Positions 56,701-64,000 of a DNA stretch of 64,000 nucleotides are shown here, piece after piece. Numbering within the stretch: position 1 is the first letter of the stretch; each line of letters starts with the position of its first letter. Under the pieces are notes generated by a model. The model ran no database searches and was not told the origin of the DNA. It saw nothing but the letters and a program-made list of their open reading frames with translations. Origin of the DNA: Eledone cirrhosa (taxonomy: Eukaryota); the NCBI GenBank assembly GCA_964016885.1, contig OZ024751.1:1612001-1676000 (forward strand). Reading direction: 5' to 3'. The translations under genes were made by a program, and so were the position numbers.

Positions 56701-59700
56701 TTACTGTTGTTGGTGTTGTTGGTGTTACTGTTGTTGGTGTTGTTAGTATTACTGTTGTTGGTGTTGGTGGTGTTACTGTTGTTGGTGTTGTTGGTGTTAC
56801 TGCTGTTGGTGTTGTTAGTATTACTGTTGTTGGTGTTGGTGGTGTAACTGTTGTTGGTGTTGTTGGTGTTACTGCTGTTGGTGTTGTTGGTGTTACTGTT
56901 GTTGGTGTTGTTAGTGTTACTGTTGTTGGTGTTGTTGGTGTTACTGTTGTTGGTGTTGGTGGTGTTACTGTTGTTGGTGTTGTTTGTGTTACTGTTGTTG
57001 GTGTTGTTTGTGTTACTGTTGTTGGTGTTGGTGGTGTTACTGTTGTTGGTGTTGTTGGTGTTGTTGGTGTTACTCTTGTTGGTGTTACTGTTGTTGGTGT
57101 TGTTAGTGTTACTGTTGTTGGTGTTGTTGGTGTTACTGTTGTTGGTGTTGTTAGTGTTACTGTTGTTGGTGTTATTGGTGTTACTGTTGTTGGTGTGGTA
57201 GTATTAATGTTGTTGGTGTCGTTGGTGTTACTGTTGTTGGTGTTGTTGGTGTTGTTAGTATTAATGTTGTTGGTGTCGTTGGTGTTACTGTTGTTGGTGT
57301 TGTTGGTGTTACTGTTGTTGGTGTTGTTAGTATTAATGTTGTTGGTGTCGTTGGTGTTACTGTTGTTGGTGTTGGTGGTGTTACTGTTGTTGGTGTTGTT
57401 TGTGTTACTGTTGTTGGTGTTGTTGGTGTTACTGTTGTTGGTGTTATTGGTGTTACTGTTGTTGGTGTTGTTGGTGTTACTGTTGTTGGTGTTGTTGGTG
57501 TTACTGTTGTTGGTGTTGTTGGTGTTACTGTTGTTGGTGTTGTTGGTGTTACTATTGTTGGTGTTGTTGGTGTTACTGTTGTTGGTGTTGTTAGTGTTAC
57601 TGTTGTTGGTGTTGTTGGTGTTACTGTTGTTGGTGTTGTTGGTGTTACTGTTGTTGGTGATGTTGGTGTTACTGCTGTTGGTGTTGTTGGTTTTACTGTT
57701 GTTGGTGTTGTTGGTGTTACTGTTGTTGGTGTTGCTGGTGTTACTGTTGTTGGTGTTGTTAGTGTTACTGTTGTTGGTGTTGTTGGTGTTACTGTTGTCG
57801 ATGTAGTTGGTTTTACTGTTGTTGGTGTTGTTGGTGTTACTGTTGTTGGTGTTGTTGGTGTTGTTTGTGTTACTGTTGTTGGTGTTGTTGGTGTTACTGT
57901 TGTTGGTGTTGTTGGTGTTACTGTTGTTGGTGTTGTTGGTGTTACTGTTGTTGGTGTTGTTAGTATTAATGTTGTTGGTGTCATTGGTGTTACTGTTGTT
58001 GGTGTTGTTGGTGTTGCTGTTGTTGGTGTTGTTTGTGTTACTGTTGTTGGTGTTGTTGGTGTTACTGTTGTTGGTGTTGTTGGTGTTACTGTTGTTGGTG
58101 TTGTTTTTGTTGGTGTTGGTGGTGTTACTATTGTTGGAGTTGTTGGTGTTACTGTTGTTGGTGTTGTTGGTGTTACTGTTGTTGGTGTTGTTGGTGTTAC
58201 TGTTGTTGGTGTTGTTGGTGTTACTGTTGTTGGTGTTGTTTTTGTTGGTGTTGGTGGTGTTACTGTTGTTGGAGTTGTTGGTGTTACTGTTGTTGGTGTT
58301 GTTGGTGTTACTGTTGTTGGTGTTGTTGGTGTTACTGTTGTTGGTGTTGTTGGTGTTACAGTTGTTGGTGTTGTTCGTGTTACTGTTGTTGGTGTTGTTG
58401 GTGTTACTGTTTTTGGTGTTGTTGGTGTTACTGTTGTTGGTGTTGGTGTTACTGTTGTTGGTGTGGGTGTTCTTACTTTTGTTGGTGTTGTTGCTGTTAC
58501 TGTTGTTGGTGTTGTTGGTGTTACTGTTGTTGGTGTTGTTGGTGTTACTGTTGTTGGTGTTGTTGGTGTTACTGTTGTTGGTGTTGGTGTTACTTTTGTT
58601 GGTATTGGTGGTGTTACTGTTGTTGGTGTTGTTGGTGTTACTGTTGTTGGTGTTGTTGGTGTTACTGTTGTTGGTGTTGTTAGTGTTACTGTTGTTGGTG
58701 TTGTTGGTGCTACTGTTGTTGGTGTTGTTAGTGTTACTGTTGTTGGTGTTGTTGGTGTTACTGTTGTTGGTGTTGTTAGTGTTACTGTTGTTGGTGTTGT
58801 TGGTGTTACTGTTGTTGGTGTTGTTAGCGTTACTGTTGTTGGTGTTGTTAGTGTTACTGTTGTTGGTGTTGTTTTTGTTGGTGTTGGTGGTGTTGGTGTT
58901 ACTGTTGTTGGTGTTGTTGGTGTTACGGCTGTTGGTGTTGTTGGTGTTACTGTTGTTGGTGTTGTTAGTGTTACTGTTGTTGGTGTTGTTGGTGTTACTG
59001 TTGTTGGTGTTGTTAGTGTTACTGTTGTTGGTGTTGTTTGTGTTACTGTTGTTGGTGTTGGTGGTGATACTGTTGTTGGTGTTGTTAGTGTTACTGTTGT
59101 TGGTGTTGGTGTTGGTGTTACTGTTGTTGGTGTTGTTGCTTTTACTGTTGTTGGTGTTGTTAGTGTTACTGTTGTTGGTGTTGTTGGAGTTACTGTTGTT
59201 GGTGTTGGTCGTCTTACTGTTGTTGGTGTTGTTGGTGTTACTGTTGTTGGTGTTGTTTTTGTTGGTGTTGGTGGTGTTGGTGTTACTGTTGTTGGTGTTG
59301 GTGGTCTTACTGTTGTTGGTGTTGTTGGTGTTACTGTTGTTGGTGTTGTTGGTGTTACTGTTGTTGGTGTTGTTGGTGTTACTGTTGTTGGTGTTGTTGG
59401 TGTTACTGTTGTTGGTGTTACTGTTGTTGGTGTTGTTGCTGTTACTGTTGTTGGTGTTGTTGGTGTTACTGTTGCTGGTGTTGTTAGTGTTACTGTTGTT
59501 GGTGTTGTTTGTGTTACTGTTGTTGGTGTTGGTGGTGATACTGTTGTTGGTGTTGTTAGTGTTACTGTTGTTGGTGTTGGTGTTGGTGTTACTGTTGTTG
59601 GTGTTGTTGCTGTTACTGTTGTTGGTGTTGTTAGTGTTACTGTTGTTGGTTTTGTTGGAGTTACTGTTGTTGGTGTTGTTAGTATTACTGTTGTTGGTGT

Positions 59701-62700
59701 TGTTGGTGTTACTGTTGTTGGTGTTGGTCGTCTTACTGTTGTTGGTGTTGTTGGTGTTACTGTTGTTGGTGTTGTTTTTGTTGGTGTTGGTGGTGTTGGT
59801 GTTACTGTTGTTGGTGTTGTTTGTGTTACGGCTGTTGGTGTTGTTGGTGTTACTGTTGTTGGTGTTGTTAGTGTTACTGTTGTTGGTGTTGTTGGAGTTA
59901 CTGTTGTTGGTGTTGTTAGTATTACTGTTGTTGGTGTTGTTGGTGTTACCGTTGTTGGTGTTGGTGTTCTTACTGTTGTTGGTGTTGTTGGTATTACTGT
60001 TGTTGGTGTTGTTGGTGTTACTGTTGTTGGTGTTGTTGGTTTTACTGTTGTTGGTTTTGTTGGTGTTACTGTTGATGGTGTTGTTGGTGTTACTGTTGTT
60101 GGTGTTGTTGGTGTTGCTGTTGTTGGTGTTGTTGGTGTTACTGTTGTTGGTGTTGGTGTTACTGTTGTTGGTGTTGTTAGTGTTACTGTTGTTGGTGTTG
60201 GTGTTGGTGTTACTGTTGTTGGTGTTGCTGGTGTTACTGTTGTTGGTGTTGTTGGTGTTACTGTTGTGGTGTTGTTAGTGTTACTGTTGTTGGTGTTGTT
60301 AGTGTTACTGTTGTTGTTTTTGTTGGTGTTACTGTTGTTGGTGTTGTCAGTGTTACTGTTGTTGGTGTTGTTAGTGTTACTGTTGTTGGTGTTGTTGGTG
60401 TTACTGTTGTTGGTGTTGTTGGTCTTACTGTTGTTGGTGATGTTGGTGTTACTGTTGTTGGTGTTGTTGGTTTTACTGTTGTTGGTGTTGTTGGTGTTAC
60501 TGTTGTTGGTGTTGTTGGTTTTACTGTTGTTGGTGTTGTTGGTGTTACTGTTTTGGTGTTGTTGGTGTTACTGTTGTTGGTGTTGTTAGTATTACTGTTG
60601 TTGGTGTTGGTGGTGTTACTGTTGTTGGTGTTGTTGGTGTTACTGTTGTTGGTGTTGTTGGTGTTACTGTTGTTGGTGTTGTTAGTGTTACTGTTGTTGG
60701 TGTTGTTGGTGTTACTGTTGTTGGTGTTGTTGGTGTTACTGTTGTTGGTGTTGTTGGTGTTACTGTTGTTGGTGTTGTTAGTATTACTGTTGTTGGTGTT
60801 GGTGGTGTTACTGTTGTTGGTGTTGTTGGTGTTACTGTTGTTGGTGTTGTTAGTATTACTGTTGTTGGTGTTGGTGGTGTAACTGTTGTTGGTGTTGTTG
60901 GTGTTACTGCTGTTGGTGTTGTTGGTGTTACTGTTGTTGGTGTTGTTAGTGTTACTGTTGTTGGTGTTGTTGGTGTTACTGTTGTTGGTGTTGGTGGTGT
61001 TACTGTTGTTGGTGTTGTTTGTGTTACTGCTGTTGGTGTTGTTTGTGTTACTGTTGTTGGTGTTGGTGGTGTTACTGTTGTTGGTGTTGTTGGTGTTACT
61101 CTTGTTGGTGTTGTTGGTGTTACTGTTGTTGGTGGTGTTGGTGTTACTGTTGTTGGTGTTGTTAGTGTTACTGTTGTTGGTGTTGTTGGTGTTACTGTTG
61201 TTGGTGTTGTTAGTGTTACTGTTGTTGGTGTTGTTTGTGTTATTGTTGTTGGTGTTGGTGGTGTTACTGTTGTTGGTGTTACTGTTGTTGGTGTTGTTGG
61301 TGTTACTGTTGTTGGTGTTGTTGGTGTTACTGTTGTTGGAGGTGTTGGTGTTACTGTTGTTGGTGTTGTTGGTGTTACTGTTATTGGTGTTGGTGGTGTT
61401 ACTGTTGTTGGTGTTGTTGGTGTTACTGTTGTTGGTGTTGTTGGTGTTACTGTTGTTGATGTTGTTTGTGTTACTGTTGTTGATGGTGTTGGTGTTACTG
61501 TTGTTGGTGTTGTTAGTGTTACTGTTGTTGGTGATGTTGGTGTTACTGTTGTTGGTGTTGTTAGTGTTACTGTTGTTGGTGTTGTTGGTGTTACTGTTGT
61601 TGGTGTTGTTTGTGTTACTGTTGTTGGTGTTTTTGGTGTTACTGTTGTTGGTGTTGTTGGTGTTACTGTTGTTGGTGTTGTTGGTGTTACTGCTTTGGTG
61701 TTGTTGGGGTTACTGTTGTTGGTGTTGTTGGTGTTACTGTTGTTGGTGTTGTTGGTGTTACTGTTGTTGGTGTTGGTGGTGTTACTGTTGTTGGTGTTGT
61801 TGGTGTTACTGTTATTGGTGTTACTGTTGTTGGTGTTGGTGGTGTGACTGTTGTTGGTCTTGTTGGTGTTACTGTTGTTGGTGTTGTTGGTGTTACTGTT
61901 GTTGGTGTTGTTAGTGTTACTGTTGTTGGTGTTGTTGGTGTTACTGTTGTTGGTGTTGTTAGTGTTACTGTTGTTAGGTGTTGTTATTGTTACTGTTGTT
62001 GGTGTTGCTGGTGTTACTGTTGTTGGTGTTGTTGGTGTTACTGCTGTTGGTGTTGTTGGTGTTACTGTTGTTGGTGTTGTTGGTGTTACTCTTGTTGGTG
62101 TTATTAGTGTTACTGTTGTTGGTGTTGTTGGTGTTAATGTTGTTGGTGTTGTTGGTGTTACTGTTGTTGGTGTTGTTAGTGTTACTGTTGTTGGTGTTGT
62201 TGGTGTTACTGTTGTTGGTGTTGTTGGTCTTACTGTTGTTGGTGATGTTGGTGTTACTGTTGTTGGTGTTGTTGGTTTTACTGTTGTTGGTGTTGTTGGT
62301 GTTACTGTTGTTGGTGTTGTTGGTTTTACTGTTGTTGGTGTTGTTGGTGTTACTGTTGTTGGTGTTGTTGGTGTTACTGTTGTTGGTGCTGTTAGTATTA
62401 CTGTTGTTGGTGTTGGTGGTGTTACTGTTGTTGGTGTTGTTGGTGTTACTTTTGTTGGTGTTGTTGGTGTTACTGTTGTTGGTGTTGTTAGTGTTACTGT
62501 TGTTGGTGTTGTTGGTGTTACTGTTGTTGGTGTTGTTGGTGTTACTGTTGTTGGTGTTGTTGGTGTTACTGTTCTTGGTGTTGTTAGTATTACTGTTGTT
62601 GGTGTTGGTGGTGTTACTGTTGTTGGTGTTGTTGGTGTTACTGTTGTTGGTGTTGTTAGTATTACTGTTGTTGGTGTTGGTGGTGTAACTGTTGTTGGTG

Positions 62701-64000
62701 TTGTTGGTGTTACTGCTGTTGGTGTTGTTGGTGTTACTGTTGTTGGTGTTGTTAGTGTTACTGTTGTTGGTGTTGTTGGTGTTACTGTTGTTGGTGTTGG
62801 TGGTGTTGGTGGTGTTACTGTTGTTGGTGTTGTTTGTGTTACTGTTGTTGGTGTTTTTTGTGTTACTGTTGTTGCTGTTGGTGGTGTTACTGTTGTTGGT
62901 GTTGTTGGTGTTACTCTTGTTGGTGTTGTTGGTGTTACTGTTGTTGGTGGTGTTGGTGTTACTGTTGTTGGTGTTGTTAGTGTTACTGTTGTTGGTGTTG
63001 TTGGTGTTACTGTTGTTGGTGTTGTTAGTGTTACTGTTGTTGGTGTTGTTTGTGTTATTGTTGTTGGTGTTGGTGGTGTTACTGTTGTTGGTGTTACTGT
63101 TGTTGGTGTTGTTGGTGTTACTGTTGTTGGTGTTGTTGGTGTTACTGTTGTTGGAGGTGTTGGTGTTACTGTTGTTGGTGTTGTTGGTGTTACTGTTATT
63201 GGTGTTGGTGGTGTTACTGTTGTTGGTGTTGTTGGTGTTACTGTTGTTGGTGTTGTTGGTGTTACTGTTGTTGATGTTGTTTGTGTTACTGTTGTTGATG
63301 GTGTTGGTGTTACTGTTGTTGGTGTTGTTAGTGTTACTGTTGTTGGTGATGTTGGTGTTACTGTTGTTGGTGTTGTTAGTGTTACTGTTGTTGTTTTTGT
63401 TGGTGTTACTGTTGTTGGTGTTGTCAGTGTTACTGTTGTTGGTGTTGTTAGTGTTACTGTTGTTGGTGTTGTTGGTGTTACTGTTGTTGGTGTTGTTGGT
63501 CTTACTGTTGTTGGTGATGCTGGTGTTACTGTTGTTGGTGTTGTTGGTTTTACTGTTGTTGGTGTTACTGTTGTTGGTGTTGTTGGTTTTACTGTTGTTG
63601 GTGTTGTTGGTGTTACTGTTGTTGGTGTTGTTGGTGTTACTGTTGTTGGTGTTGTTAGTATTACTGTTGTTGGTGTTGGTGGTGTTACTGTTGTTGGTGT
63701 TGTTGGTGTTACTGTTGTTGGTGTTGTTGGTGTTACTGTTGTTGGTGTTGTTAGTGTTACTGTTGTTGGTGTTGTTGGTGTTACTGTTGTTGGTGTTGTT
63801 GGTGTTACTGTTGTTGGTGTTGTTGGTGTTACTGTTGTTGGTGTTGTTAGTATTACTGTTGTTGGTGTTGGTGGTGTTACTGTTGTTGGTGTTGTTGGTG
63901 TTACTGTTGTTGGTGTTGTTAGTATTACTGTTGTTGGTGTTGGTGGTGTAACTGTTGTTGGTGTTGTTGGTGTTACTGCTGTTGGTGTTGTTGGTGTTAC
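37381..64000. repeat. More than 26.6-kb tandem array of a 24-bp unit (GGTGTTACTGTTGTTGGTGTTGTT) with higher-order duplications; runs off the window
   Basis: Direct reading; about 1100 units, with length variants mostly in multiples of 3. Confidence 0.98.

Noticed and set aside
37366-63951. Long plus-strand ORFs (poly V/G/T, poly L/V, CCWCY)
   Set aside because: Shadow frames of the stop-poor 24-bp repeat; composition is implausible, and the variation pattern favours the minus TPTT frame if any
37381-64000. CRISPR array or telomeric repeat
   Set aside because: No unique spacers and no cas genes; the unit is not TTAGGG-like

Overview
Repeat-dense animal genomic DNA. The (TA)n/(CA)n/(GA)n load and the tRNA-derived SINE family suggest a cephalopod (octopus-like) genome, but this is inference. 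Bases 1-37 kb are a nest of Penelope-like retroelements (PLEs) inserted into (TA)n tracts. They include at least three Hydra-type families (RT plus C-terminal GIY-YIG endonuclease with a CxCx5Cx5C linker), one Neptune/Nematis-type 3' fragment, and many short inverted pseudo-LTR (pLTR) units. One insertion is a young 6.2-kb head-to-head palindrome (22.7-29.0 kb). By eye I can fold about 20 minimal type I hammerhead ribozyme (HHR) motifs: about 8 canonical, 3 with a compensated U3-A8 core, 1 U4C, and the rest decayed. There is also a three-copy motif with hammerhead core elements in a permuted order, two retrozyme-like units, and a tRNA-like cassette inside an inverted unit. RTE-LINE remnants and SINEs are present. 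From 37.4 kb to the window end lies a >26-kb 24-bp tandem array that reads as mucin-like (TPTTPTTV)n on the minus strand, with higher-order duplications that share frameshifts. All folds and alignments were done manually and no searches were run.
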